Positions 39,093-48,408 of a stretch of 64,000 nucleotides of DNA are shown piece after piece (the first letter of the stretch is position 1; every line of letters begins with the position of its first letter). The translations under genes and the position numbers were made by a program. Location of the stretch: NCBI GenBank assembly GCA_036517255.1, contig DATDXE010000006.1:8023-72022 (forward strand), given 5' to 3'. Source of the stretch: Minisyncoccota bacterium (lineage in GTDB: Bacteria > Patescibacteriota > Minisyncoccia > Phycocordibacterales > WO2-35-19). The notes under the pieces were generated by a model. The model worked only from the letters and a program-made list of their open reading frames with translations, made no database searches and was not told the DNA's origin.

Positions 39093-39641
39093 ATGGAAAT
39101 AGAGGCAAAAATTGAGGCAGTGTTGTTTAAGAAGAATGGGCCTGTGGAGATACGGGAGCTTTGCAGTATTTTGGATGTTAAAGAAAATGAGGTAATAGAT
39201 GGGCTTCATAAGTTGAAAGAGAATTTGGAAGGCAGAGGCGTTACTCTCCTTGAAAATTCGACAGAATATTCCCTGGTAACTTCAAAACAAGCCTCTCCTA
39301 TAATAGAGAAGATGGTCAAGGATGAGATAGGTAAGGACTTAGGTAAAGCTGGGCTGGAAACTCTTTCCATAGTTTTATACAAAGGGCCAATTGCTCGAAA
39401 GGAAATCGATTATATAAGAGGAGTCAATTCTACCTTTATCCTGCGTTCACTCATGGTTCGTGGATTAGTCGAACGTACGGAAAGTAGGGAAGGCTCTAGA
39501 GGGCCTCTTTATAAAACCACAAGCGAGCTTCTTTCTTTCCTGGGATTAAGTAAAATAGATGATCTGCCTGAATATGATCAAGTAAAAAAAGAAATAGACG
39601 AAGTTTCTAAAAAAGAAAACTCAATAAACACGGAAGAATAA
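39093..39641 (+). CDS. scpB: Segregation and condensation protein B
   Basis: Tandem winged-helix ScpB profile. Confidence 0.8.
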   Translation: MEIEAKIEAVLFKKNGPVEIRELCSILDVKENEVIDGLHKLKENLEGRGVTLLENSTEYSLVTSKQASPIIEKMVKDEIGKDLGKAGLETLSIVLYKGPIARKEIDYIRGVNSTFILRSLMVRGLVERTESREGSRGPLYKTTSELLSFLGLSKIDDLPEYDQVKKEIDEVSKKENSINTEE

Positions 39642-39657
39642 AACATAGAAAATAAAC

Positions 39658-40614
39658 ATGAAAGATAAAATACTGGATATAAACTGGAGGACTAATATTT
39701 TTGAAAGGGCTCTTATTCTTGCGTGCCTTATATCGATAGCTCTCTATTCCATGCTTTTGATAGGTTTCCGATCTTTAAGTATTCCACACAAAAATTCTGA
39801 GAAAGTATCTATCGATTATTTTCATGGTGTGGAAATAGAAGCAAGAAGTGCTTTTGTGTGGGACGTGCTCGCAGGTAGATCTCTTTTTGAAAAAAATGCT
39901 AACGAGGCATTACCTTTAGCATCACTGACAAAAGTGATGACAGCTGTTACTCTCGCTCAAAATTCATTAGATGATAAAAAAATTACCATAGAGCTTGAGG
40001 ACCTTTCTCCGGAAGGCGACTCTTTGCTCAAAGTTTCAAGTTCTTGGAATATCAGAAGCCTTATCGACTACGTTCTCCTCGTATCATCAAACGATGGGGC
40101 GCACGCTTTGGCTGCGTCCATGGGAGCGATTGGAAATTTACGAACGGTAGACAATAGAGAAATCACGAGGAGGAATTTTATTGGTAGTATGAATAGGCTC
40201 TCTCAAGAACTCGGCTTATCCAGCATGACTTTCAAAAACGAACACGGTTTGGATATAGGAGAAAATGAAAGCGGGGCATATGGCTCAGCCCGCGACGTAG
40301 CGCTACTATTTGAATACGCAATAAAAAAATACCCACATGTGCTCGAGGCTACTCGTTATCCTTTACTTTCTATTCGCGATTTGAGTAATGATTTTTACAA
40401 TGCTGAAAATACGAATGAAATAATAAATTCTGTTCCTTCGCCCATCGCCTCGAAGACTGGATATACAAAATTGGCTGGAGGAAACTTGGTGATGGCTTAC
40501 GACGCTGGGTTGGGGCACCCTATCGTCATCTCCGTTCTCGGCTCTACCCAAGAAGGCCGTTTTAGTGATATGCTGAAATTAATAGAAGCCAGTCAGAAGT
40601 ATTTGATTCAATAA
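39658..40614 (+). CDS. D-alanyl-D-alanine carboxypeptidase (S11, PBP5-like)
   Basis: SLTK, SSND and KTGYT motifs with an N-terminal TM anchor. Confidence 0.75.
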   Translation: MKDKILDINWRTNIFERALILACLISIALYSMLLIGFRSLSIPHKNSEKVSIDYFHGVEIEARSAFVWDVLAGRSLFEKNANEALPLASLTKVMTAVTLAQNSLDDKKITIELEDLSPEGDSLLKVSSSWNIRSLIDYVLLVSSNDGAHALAASMGAIGNLRTVDNREITRRNFIGSMNRLSQELGLSSMTFKNEHGLDIGENESGAYGSARDVALLFEYAIKKYPHVLEATRYPLLSIRDLSNDFYNAENTNEIINSVPSPIASKTGYTKLAGGNLVMAYDAGLGHPIVISVLGSTQEGRFSDMLKLIEASQKYLIQ

Positions 40615-40618
40615 AGCC

Positions 40619-41701
40619 ATGATAATAGATATAGTCAAAATTTTTCTACCAGCAGTCTCTGCTTTCGTGGTAGGCATCTTGATCACTCCACCTCTCACCG
40701 ATTTTCTCTATAAACATAAAATGTGGAAGAAGAGGAGTGTTCAGAAAACTATCGATGGGAGAGAAGCGACCATATCAGCCTCACTACATAAAGATGAAGA
40801 GAAAAAGACTCCTCGTATGGGTGGCATAGTGGTGTGGGGTTCGACCCTTATTACGGTCATGGTTATTTGGTTGCTGGCTCGATTTGTGGCTACAGAAACT
40901 TTTATAAATCTAGACTTCCTTTCTCGTAGTCAAACTTGGGTACCTCTTATCGCCCTTATTTTTGGTGCTCTTGTCGGCCTTATTGATGATTATTTAGTAA
41001 CTCGAGAGGTTCCCGCTGGAAGTTATATAGGAGGGGGGCTTTCTCTGACTAAAAGACTTTCTGTGGTAGGGCTCATCGCTTTACTTTGTGCATCGTGGTT
41101 TTATTTCAAACTTGATGTCAGTACTCTTGGAATGCCTGAAATATTTCCACCTATTTATTTAGGTGCCTTTTTCATTCCATTTTTTATATTAGTTATAATG
41201 GCCATTTACGCTGGGGGAGTGATCGATGGCATTGATGGTCTTTCTGGGGGGGTATTTGCCGCCATGTTTTCTGCTTATGCTGGCATCGCTTTCTACCAAC
41301 AACAATACGATCTTGCTGCCTTCTGTGCCACGGTTTTAGGAGGGATTTTGGCTTTTCTTTGGTTCAATATCCCTCCTGCTAGATATTATATGTCGGACAC
41401 TGGTATGATGGGACTTACCATTACTCTCGGTATTGTGGCTTTTATGACTGATTCTCTTGGCGATGGTTACGGAGTCATAGTATTGCCTATTATCGCTCTG
41501 CCTCTTGTAGTCACTGTGGCTTCGGACATCATTCAAATTCTTTCTAAAAAATTAAGGAACGGTAAAAAAGTTTTTCTAGTGGCTCCTATCCACCACCATT
41601 TCGAAGCCATCGGCTGGCCTTCCTATAAAGTAGTCATGCGCTACTGGGTCTTCTCTGTCATCTGTGCCATTTTGGGTGTTACTATTGCTATAATAGGTTA
41701 A
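40619..41701 (+). CDS. mraY: Phospho-N-acetylmuramoyl-pentapeptide transferase
   Basis: Polytopic, with PRMGG, DDY and GVIDGIDGLSGG motifs. Confidence 0.85.
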   Translation: MIIDIVKIFLPAVSAFVVGILITPPLTDFLYKHKMWKKRSVQKTIDGREATISASLHKDEEKKTPRMGGIVVWGSTLITVMVIWLLARFVATETFINLDFLSRSQTWVPLIALIFGALVGLIDDYLVTREVPAGSYIGGGLSLTKRLSVVGLIALLCASWFYFKLDVSTLGMPEIFPPIYLGAFFIPFFILVIMAIYAGGVIDGIDGLSGGVFAAMFSAYAGIAFYQQQYDLAAFCATVLGGILAFLWFNIPPARYYMSDTGMMGLTITLGIVAFMTDSLGDGYGVIVLPIIALPLVVTVASDIIQILSKKLRNGKKVFLVAPIHHHFEAIGWPSYKVVMRYWVFSVICAILGVTIAIIG

Positions 41702-42807
41702 TGAATTTTTGTGCCGGTAAAGTAGACAAATCTTTTTTAGGGATTACCGCACTTTTGGTAGTGCTTGGTTTTTTTATATTTAGTTCAGCCAGTTTGGGAG
41801 TGCTTGCCAGTAACCAAATAAAATTTTCGAGTGTCGCTTTCAATCAAACCTTTTTCGGAATATTCCTGGGTTCGATCGCTTGTCTCATATTTTCAAAAAT
41901 CGATTATAAGTTATACAGAAAAAATGCTTTTATCCTTTTCGCTCTTTCTATCGTTCTTACTCTCCTTGTATTTGTGCCTAGCATTGGCCTTTCCCATGGT
42001 GGGGCTACTCGTTGGATCGATCTCGGCTTTATATCCTTCCAACCTTCAGAACTTTTGAAAATAGGTTTCGTTATTTACCTTGCAGCTTTCATTTCTAAAG
42101 CTAAAGATAGGATCAAAACTCTAAATGGTGGGCTCCTACCATTTTTTGCGATACTGGCTGTTGCAGGAGCGGTACTCCTTGCTCAACCAGACACTGATAC
42201 TTATGCAGTGATGATATTTGCTGGTCTCGCTATGTTTATCGTGGGTGGAGGCAAATGGTCGCATATTATAGCGGTCGGCCTCATAGGTGTCCTCGGTATA
42301 GCGACAGTAGCCTACATGAGGCCTTATGTGAAAGAAAGGATCATGACGTTTATTGATCCGGGAGCCAACTCACTTACAAGCGGCTATCAAATTCAACAAT
42401 CACTCATCGCTGTAGGCTCGGGAGGAGTGGTCGGGAAAGGATTTGGTAAGAGTATTCAAAAATTTTCATATCTACCCGAACCTATCGGTGATTCTATTTT
42501 TGCTGTGGCAGCGGAAGAGTTTGGCTTTATCGGAGCTTCCATCATCATTATTATGTTCGTATTTTTCTGTTTCAAGGGGCTGAAAATAGCCGCAAGGGCT
42601 CCAGATGCTTTCGGTGGACTCTTGGCTGTCGGCATTGTTATACTTATCATGTCCCAGATGTTTGTAAATGTGGGTGGGATGATAGGACTCCTACCTCTCA
42701 CCGGTATCCCGCTACCTTTTATAAGCCACGGGGGTACAGCCCTTTTTATCACCCTTGTAGAAGCTGGAATAATTATGAATATTTCAAGAAACAGCAAGAG
42801 GATATAA
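41701..42807 (+). CDS. ftsW: SEDS-family peptidoglycan glycosyltransferase (FtsW/RodA)
   Basis: 10-TM SEDS profile, positioned between mraY and murG. Confidence 0.75.
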   Translation: MNFCAGKVDKSFLGITALLVVLGFFIFSSASLGVLASNQIKFSSVAFNQTFFGIFLGSIACLIFSKIDYKLYRKNAFILFALSIVLTLLVFVPSIGLSHGGATRWIDLGFISFQPSELLKIGFVIYLAAFISKAKDRIKTLNGGLLPFFAILAVAGAVLLAQPDTDTYAVMIFAGLAMFIVGGGKWSHIIAVGLIGVLGIATVAYMRPYVKERIMTFIDPGANSLTSGYQIQQSLIAVGSGGVVGKGFGKSIQKFSYLPEPIGDSIFAVAAEEFGFIGASIIIIMFVFFCFKGLKIAARAPDAFGGLLAVGIVILIMSQMFVNVGGMIGLLPLTGIPLPFISHGGTALFITLVEAGIIMNISRNSKRI

Positions 42808-42831
42808 AAAAATGGCATTAAAAAAAATACA

Positions 42832-43977
42832 ATGAAAATAATTTTTACAGGTGGGGGAACAGGTGGACATTTCTATCCGATCATAGCTATCGCTCAAGCA
42901 GTGCATAAAATTTCCAAAGAGAATAAGTTGCTAGAACCTGATATGTATTTTTTTGCTCCCAGCCCATACAATCCAGGCCTTTTGTATGACAACGATATTA
43001 ATTACAGAAAAACTACTTCAGGTAAAATACGCCGGTACTTCTCCTTTCTTAATATAATCGATTTTTTCAAAATGGGATGGGGAGCCGTGTCTACTCTTTT
43101 TGATGTGTTTGATGTCTATCCCGATGTGGTTTTTGGCAAAGGCGGGTACGGCAGTTTTCCTACACTTTTGGCCGCTAGGATTTTACGTATACCTGTAGTT
43201 ATACACGAGTCAGATAGCGTGCCCGGCAGAGTCAATAAATGGGCTGGAAAATTTGCCGCTAGAGTGGCCCTCTCTTGGCTAGAGGCGGCAAAATATTTTC
43301 CCGAAGCAGTAAAAAGGGGGCGAGTAGTACACACGGGTCAGCCAATAAGGGACGTTATCTTAGAACCAGCGACAAATGGAGCCCATAGGTTTTTTGAATT
43401 AGAAGAAAGTGTTCCGACTATCGTGATACGCGGTGGATCAAGTGGGGCTGAGATGATAAACAATGTGATCATGGATGCGCTACCTCAACTTGTAGAAAAT
43501 TATCAAGTAATACATCAGACTGGGCAAAATAATTTTAAGGTAGTAAAAGAAACAGCCGATGCCATACTTTTAAATAATCGTCACAGAGAGAGGTATAAAC
43601 CATTTGCTTATTTCAACCAACTGGAAGAACAAATGTCGGCTGGAGCGGCTACTCTCGTCATTTCTCGAGCTGGCTCTACTATTTTTGAAATCGCTGCTTG
43701 GGGCAAACCTTCGATCATCATACCTATTACTGATTCAAACGGTGATCATCAATTAAACAACGCGCTCTCCTATGCAGGAAGTGGAGCGGCAAGTGTGATA
43801 GAAGAAGCCAATCTCACTTCTCACGTATTTTTTGGTGAGATCAAAAGAATCATAGACGATCAAGTCTTGAGAAGTAAAATGGCAGAAAAGGCTAAAGCTT
43901 TTTTCAAACCTGAGGCAGATAGAGCTGTGGCCAAAGAACTACTCGCGATTGCTCTTTCTCATGAGGAATTGGGATGA
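42832..43977 (+). CDS. murG: Undecaprenyl-PP-MurNAc-pentapeptide N-acetylglucosaminyltransferase
   Basis: FTGGGTGGHFYP followed by a GT-B fold. Confidence 0.85.
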   Translation: MKIIFTGGGTGGHFYPIIAIAQAVHKISKENKLLEPDMYFFAPSPYNPGLLYDNDINYRKTTSGKIRRYFSFLNIIDFFKMGWGAVSTLFDVFDVYPDVVFGKGGYGSFPTLLAARILRIPVVIHESDSVPGRVNKWAGKFAARVALSWLEAAKYFPEAVKRGRVVHTGQPIRDVILEPATNGAHRFFELEESVPTIVIRGGSSGAEMINNVIMDALPQLVENYQVIHQTGQNNFKVVKETADAILLNNRHRERYKPFAYFNQLEEQMSAGAATLVISRAGSTIFEIAAWGKPSIIIPITDSNGDHQLNNALSYAGSGAASVIEEANLTSHVFFGEIKRIIDDQVLRSKMAEKAKAFFKPEADRAVAKELLAIALSHEELG

Positions 43978-44741
43978 TTTTTAATATTTATAAACAACGA
44001 GGGGAAACCCCTCTGGAAGCTCTCCAAAAGCTCAAGGCGGCCAAGCCAGAACTAAAGGGGGAGAAGATGACATATTTAGGCAGACTCGACCCTATGGCAG
44101 AGGGGGTACTCCTTATTGCTACAGGCCTGGATACAGAACAAAAAAGGAAGGAAGAATTTTTGAGCTTAGACAAAGAGTACGACTTCACCGTACTTTTTGG
44201 TTTTTCCAGTGATACTTATGACATATTGGGGGAGATTAAAGAAATTTTGCCAGTCATAGATTTAAGTGAGAGTGAAATAATAAAAGTAATACAGATTTAT
44301 GTGGGCGAGAGAGATCAAAAATATCCTCCCTTTTCGTCGAAGACGGTGGGGGGACGAGCTCTGCACGAATGGGCACGGATCGCTGAGCTAGATAAAATAG
44401 TAATTCCTTCTCGAAAAATTACTATTCACAAAATTAATTTCAAAGGTTTACAAAAATTGTTACCGAAAGAACTTTTAGGCCGCCTCCTCATGGATATTTC
44501 AAAAGTAAAAGGGGATTTTCGTCAGCATGTAGCCCTAGTGTTGTGGAAAAAGTTTTTAGAAAATTATCATGGTTCTTTGTACATGGGAAGTTTCAGTGCC
44601 CATGTATCTTCTGGTACTTATATTCGCAGTATCGTAAACGACCTCGGCAACACTCTAGGCTGTGGTGCCTGTGCTCTTAGTATCACGAGGACTCGCGTAG
44701 GGGATTATAAAATTGAGGAAAGCCTATCTCTCAATGAATAA
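43974..44741 (+). CDS. truB: tRNA pseudouridine(55) synthase TruB-like, without a PUA domain
   Basis: GRLDPMAEGVLLIATG catalytic Asp motif. Confidence 0.7.
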   Translation: MIFNIYKQRGETPLEALQKLKAAKPELKGEKMTYLGRLDPMAEGVLLIATGLDTEQKRKEEFLSLDKEYDFTVLFGFSSDTYDILGEIKEILPVIDLSESEIIKVIQIYVGERDQKYPPFSSKTVGGRALHEWARIAELDKIVIPSRKITIHKINFKGLQKLLPKELLGRLLMDISKVKGDFRQHVALVLWKKFLENYHGSLYMGSFSAHVSSGTYIRSIVNDLGNTLGCGACALSITRTRVGDYKIEESLSLNE

Positions 44742-44773
44742 ATATGAGATAGTATAAGTGGAAGGAATGCACT

Positions 44774-44959
44774 ATGTTAAACAGGATTCGAAAGTTTCTA
44801 TCTTTTCTTTCAGGAGAAGTTAATCCTGAAAAGAAAAGGAAGGAGCTTGAGCAGTGGGAAGTAGATCGGAAAGAGTCCTTTCTCGCTGAATGGAATCGGA
44901 GTCAGGAACCAGAAGCCGAGACCACCTACGAAAGATATACGAGGAGGAAGCATGAATAA
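44774..44959 (+). CDS. Small charged hypothetical protein (61 aa)
   Basis: GGAAGGA RBS; followed by a bidirectional terminator. Confidence 0.3.
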   Translation: MLNRIRKFLSFLSGEVNPEKKRKELEQWEVDRKESFLAEWNRSQEPEAETTYERYTRRKHE

Positions 44960-44965
44960 GACCAC

Positions 44966-44996
44966 GGCTCGGGACAGTTTTCATACTGCCCGAGCC
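44966..44996. terminator. Bidirectional hairpin terminator between convergent genes
   Basis: GGCTCGGGACAG / CTGCCCGAGCC stem. Confidence 0.55.
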
Positions 44997-44997
44997 G

Positions 44998-45720
44998 TTA
45001 GAGTTTAAGTTTGCTGTCGAGAAGCACTTCGGCCGGTACTCTTTTCCGACCGATTAGACTTGCGATGAGATCCGCGATTAATTCGGGCTGTACGGCCTTT
45101 CGTTTTTTCACTTCCGTGTTCAGCAGATCAGCTGCTTCCGGAGTGTTAACGATCGCTGGTTGGATGTCGATTACCGTCACCCCCATTTCTCGAAGTTCGT
45201 GCCTGAGTGCGAGGATAAACTGCCTGGCTGCGGCTTTCATCGCAGCATAGCTCAAGTTGCCAAGAAGCCAAGGTCTTATCGCCGCGTGAGATGAAATGTT
45301 AGCGATTAGCCCGAAGCCTTGGCGCCGGAAAAATTCCTGGGCCATAAACCCAACGACATAGGAAGGCAGGAATATCGAACGGAAAAGCTTCTCCGCTGAT
45401 TCTAGAGCCTCTTCGACAGAATTACGGAGCGACAACCGCTCCCATGTGCCTGCAGATATCACTACACAGTGAACTTCTTTGAATCTATCCTGCGCTAATT
45501 GAAATAAGCGCCTAACATCAGAGATTTGTGTAGCATCGGCTTGCACAACAAGAACTCTATCGGAACTAAGTTCGCCCTCGAGTAGTTTCAGCTTATCCAT
45601 ACCACGTGCTGCGAGCACCACGTTTGCCCCGAGCTGGTGAAAAACTCGGGACAAAACCCTGCCGATGCCACCTGTAGCACCGACTACAATTACAGTTTTG
45701 CCTTCGAGTCTTTTTTTCAT
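44998..45720 (-). CDS. Short-chain dehydrogenase/reductase (SDR) family oxidoreductase
   Basis: GKTVIVVGATGGIGRVL (TGxxxGxG). GC-rich. Confidence 0.8.
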   Translation of the reverse strand: MKKRLEGKTVIVVGATGGIGRVLSRVFHQLGANVVLAARGMDKLKLLEGELSSDRVLVVQADATQISDVRRLFQLAQDRFKEVHCVVISAGTWERLSLRNSVEEALESAEKLFRSIFLPSYVVGFMAQEFFRRQGFGLIANISSHAAIRPWLLGNLSYAAMKAAARQFILALRHELREMGVTVIDIQPAIVNTPEAADLLNTEVKKRKAVQPELIADLIASLIGRKRVPAEVLLDSKLKL

Positions 45721-46166
45721 GAAAGGACTTCCTCCACTATTCGTTTTACCACATTTCCATCAGCCTGTCCCGCTGTTTCTTTCATTACCGCTCCCATCAG
45801 TTGTCCTGCTTTAGATTTATCGGTTATCCCTAATTTCTCCATTTTTTCTATCACGATTTTCCTGACAGCATCTTCTCCCATTTGAGCGGGGAGGTATTCT
45901 TCCAGTATCTTCATTTCGGCTCTCTCATTTTCAGCCAAATCATTCCTACCTCCTTTTTCAAATTGTTCTATCGAATCTTTCCTTTGTTTGACTAATCGGC
46001 GAAGTACAACTATCGCTTCGTCATCGGAAAGCTTGTCTTGCGGTGTCCGTTTTAGAGCCACTGACTCGTTTGTAAAAGCGGCTAAGACTCCGCGTAAGGT
46101 AGTAAGCCTTAGTGTATCTCTTGCTCGCATAGCATCTTTTATTTGTTCTTGTATTTTTTCTTGCAT
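45717..46166 (-). CDS. GatB/YqeY domain-containing protein
   Basis: YqeY-family 149-aa protein. Its stop overlaps the SDR start by 4 nt, suggesting an operon. Confidence 0.75.
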   Translation of the reverse strand: MQEKIQEQIKDAMRARDTLRLTTLRGVLAAFTNESVALKRTPQDKLSDDEAIVVLRRLVKQRKDSIEQFEKGGRNDLAENERAEMKILEEYLPAQMGEDAVRKIVIEKMEKLGITDKSKAGQLMGAVMKETAGQADGNVVKRIVEEVLS

Positions 46167-46258
46167 TACAGAATTCTATCAATTATTTTCTATCCCCACA
46201 ATTCTTTGATTTTTATCTCGATCGGTCTTAATGTACAAAAACAGGAGGTCTTTCTTCA

Positions 46259-46624
46259 GTGCTCAAGCTATTACCCGACACTACGTCCGTCGTTCTTCGC
46301 GCAGGTAGCGCAAACATAAGCTTGGGTCTTCACCCATTGCTTCGAATCCACAGCATGCATTTTGATCAAGAAAAACGGTTGGGTCACGCTGGCGCGATAC
46401 TTCTGGTGCACCACCTGAACACTGGTGCCGCGACTAATCCTCTGATCTGGCAACAGGATCTACCGGTAGTGGTTCTCGATCCGGTGAAGAAGGGTGAGGC
46501 TATTAGCTTTCCCGTTATCTATCGGAGGAAGAGCAAGTTCCTTTGGAGATATCGCTGGAAAATCGAAATGGTTCCTCTGGAAAAAGGGATTCGTAGCGAC
46601 TACCTGATCGCATTTGTTACCTGA
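46259..46624 (+). CDS. Hypothetical protein (GTG start) in a GC-rich patch; coding strand is ambiguous
   Basis: AGGAGG sits 10 nt upstream of the GTG. The ORF ends at a GCAA-loop hairpin (about 46623-46648). An antisense frame interrupted by a single TAG also exists. Confidence 0.3.
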   Translation: MLKLLPDTTSVVLRAGSANISLGLHPLLRIHSMHFDQEKRLGHAGAILLVHHLNTGAATNPLIWQQDLPVVVLDPVKKGEAISFPVIYRRKSKFLWRYRWKIEMVPLEKGIRSDYLIAFVT

Positions 46625-46684
46625 CGGGGCGAGCGCAAGCTCGTCCCGCCAAGACTTCTGTCCCAAAATTTGTATAATGTGTAC

Positions 46685-47728
46685 ATGGAAATTAGTTTAA
46701 TAATTTTATTAGGCATTGGGGTAGTTATACTTGGATTTTTATTACTTCGACGAAAAGGTGCTAGCAACAGTGATGGAGCGATGAAGCTTCTCTTGGAGCA
46801 AATGAACGAGCTTTCCCGCACGGTTGATAGGAAAATGGGGGAGACGACAAAGCAGATGAATGACTCCATGCGTTCCCAGTTTTCTGAATCAGCTAAAATC
46901 ATCCGTGATGTTACGGAAGGATTGACTAAATTGGATGAAACTAATAAGCAGGTCATTTCTTTTACTGACCAACTTCAGAGCTTGCAAGATATATTAAAAA
47001 ACCCCAAACAAAGAGGAATATTAGGCGAATATTACCTCGAAACTTTGCTCAAAAATGTCCTTCCGCCTGGTAGTTTTGAGATGCAGTATCCTTTTCCAGA
47101 CGGCACTATTGTGGATGCGGCTGTCTTCGTCAAAGACAAGATAATTCCGGTTGACTCTAAATTTTCTCTTGAAAATTATAATCGCTTGGTAGAAGAAAAG
47201 AATGAATCAGAAAAAGAAAGATTGGAAAAAGTTTTTGTAAACGATTTGAAAAACAGAATTCAAGAGACTTCCAAATACATTCAACCCAGCCAAGGTACCA
47301 TGGACTTCGCTTTCATGTTTATTCCCCACGAAGCTATCTACTACGATCTTTTAATTAATAAAATAGGTTCTTTAAAAGAGGAGAATAACGAAAATCTGAT
47401 TCAGAGAGCTGCTTCAAAATACAAAGTTATAATAGTTTCACCAACCAGCTTTTTAGCCTATCTCCAAACTGTATTACAAGGCTTAAATGCCATGAAAATT
47501 GAGGAAAAGGCACAGGATATTATCGCAAATGTCTTAAAACTCCAGCAACACTTGAAAACTTATGAGGAATACCATACGAAACTGGGTTCGGCCTTAGGCA
47601 CCGTTGTAAACCACTACAATTTCTCCAACAAAGAGTTCAAGAAGGTAGATAAAGATATGATGCGGCTTACTGGAGAATCTCTCACTTCCGATCTCACCAT
47701 GTTGGACAAGCCTGATTTCGAGGAGTAG
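46685..47728 (+). CDS. rmuC: DNA recombination protein RmuC, probably leaderless
   Basis: An extended -10 (TGTATAAT) lies at 46671-46678, 6 nt before the ATG. N-terminal TM segment, coiled coil and RmuC C-domain. Confidence 0.75.
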   Translation: MEISLIILLGIGVVILGFLLLRRKGASNSDGAMKLLLEQMNELSRTVDRKMGETTKQMNDSMRSQFSESAKIIRDVTEGLTKLDETNKQVISFTDQLQSLQDILKNPKQRGILGEYYLETLLKNVLPPGSFEMQYPFPDGTIVDAAVFVKDKIIPVDSKFSLENYNRLVEEKNESEKERLEKVFVNDLKNRIQETSKYIQPSQGTMDFAFMFIPHEAIYYDLLINKIGSLKEENNENLIQRAASKYKVIIVSPTSFLAYLQTVLQGLNAMKIEEKAQDIIANVLKLQQHLKTYEEYHTKLGSALGTVVNHYNFSNKEFKKVDKDMMRLTGESLTSDLTMLDKPDFEE

Positions 47729-47753
47729 TCTTAACTATAGAGGTGACTAAAAT

Positions 47754-47870
47754 ATGGCCAAACGCCAAAGTTTTTTATACAGGATACGGAAGCTGGGTCT
47801 GGTGAGAACTTTCTTTTCATATTGGAAGGACTTCTACCGGAACTGGCAGGATTACCCGAGCGACCCTTGA
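47754..47870 (+). CDS. Unannotated 38-aa basic, aromatic-rich mini-protein
   Basis: GAGGTGA RBS. Translates to MAKRQSFLYRIRKLGLVRTFFSYWKDFYRNWQDYPSDP, ending in a hairpin (47858-47887). Confidence 0.3.
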   Translation: MAKRQSFLYRIRKLGLVRTFFSYWKDFYRNWQDYPSDP

Positions 47871-47921
47871 TTCATTGGGGGTCGCTCAAGACGTTTGCAT
47901 AAAATTGAGAAATAGGTTAAA

Positions 47922-48401
47922 GTGTTACCCATTATGGCCACCGCGACAGCAGAAAAAAAGGCAATAAAAAAACCTGCAAAAAAGGTTCCATTAGCTGATA
48001 CTCCAAAAGAAGTAGCTGAAGCCAAACCCACTAAATCTTTGAGAGATAGTGATCGTTTTGCGATTATTGAAACAGGAGGTAAACAGTATAGAGTGAGTGA
48101 AGGGGATTTGATCAAGATTGAGAAAATAAAAGGGGAAGTAAATAAAAACGATAGGGATTTATATAAAGTAGGGGATACTGTAGTTTTTGAAAAAGTCCTA
48201 CTAAAAAGCCAAGGTGTAGAAAGTGATAACCTAAACATAGGAGCTCCTTTTATAACGGGCGCCACTGTTACAGCTTCTATAATTAAAATTGCTCGTCACC
48301 CTAAAATTACAGTTATCAAATACAAACAAAAATCACGTTATTTTAAGAAAAACGGTCACAAGCAGCCTTATTTTGAAGTGAAGATAGAGAAAATAGGATA
48401 A
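47922..48401 (+). CDS. rplU: 50S ribosomal protein L21 with a Lys/Ala-rich N-terminal extension
   Basis: FAIIETGGKQYRVSEGD core, preceded by about 45 aa of AEKKAIKKPAKK. Confidence 0.8.
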   Translation: MLPIMATATAEKKAIKKPAKKVPLADTPKEVAEAKPTKSLRDSDRFAIIETGGKQYRVSEGDLIKIEKIKGEVNKNDRDLYKVGDTVVFEKVLLKSQGVESDNLNIGAPFITGATVTASIIKIARHPKITVIKYKQKSRYFKKNGHKQPYFEVKIEKIG

Positions 48402-48408
48402 CCCCACC

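Noticed and set aside
47852-48265. 137-aa minus-strand ORF
   Set aside because: It is antisense to the well-supported rplU and shows low-complexity translation.
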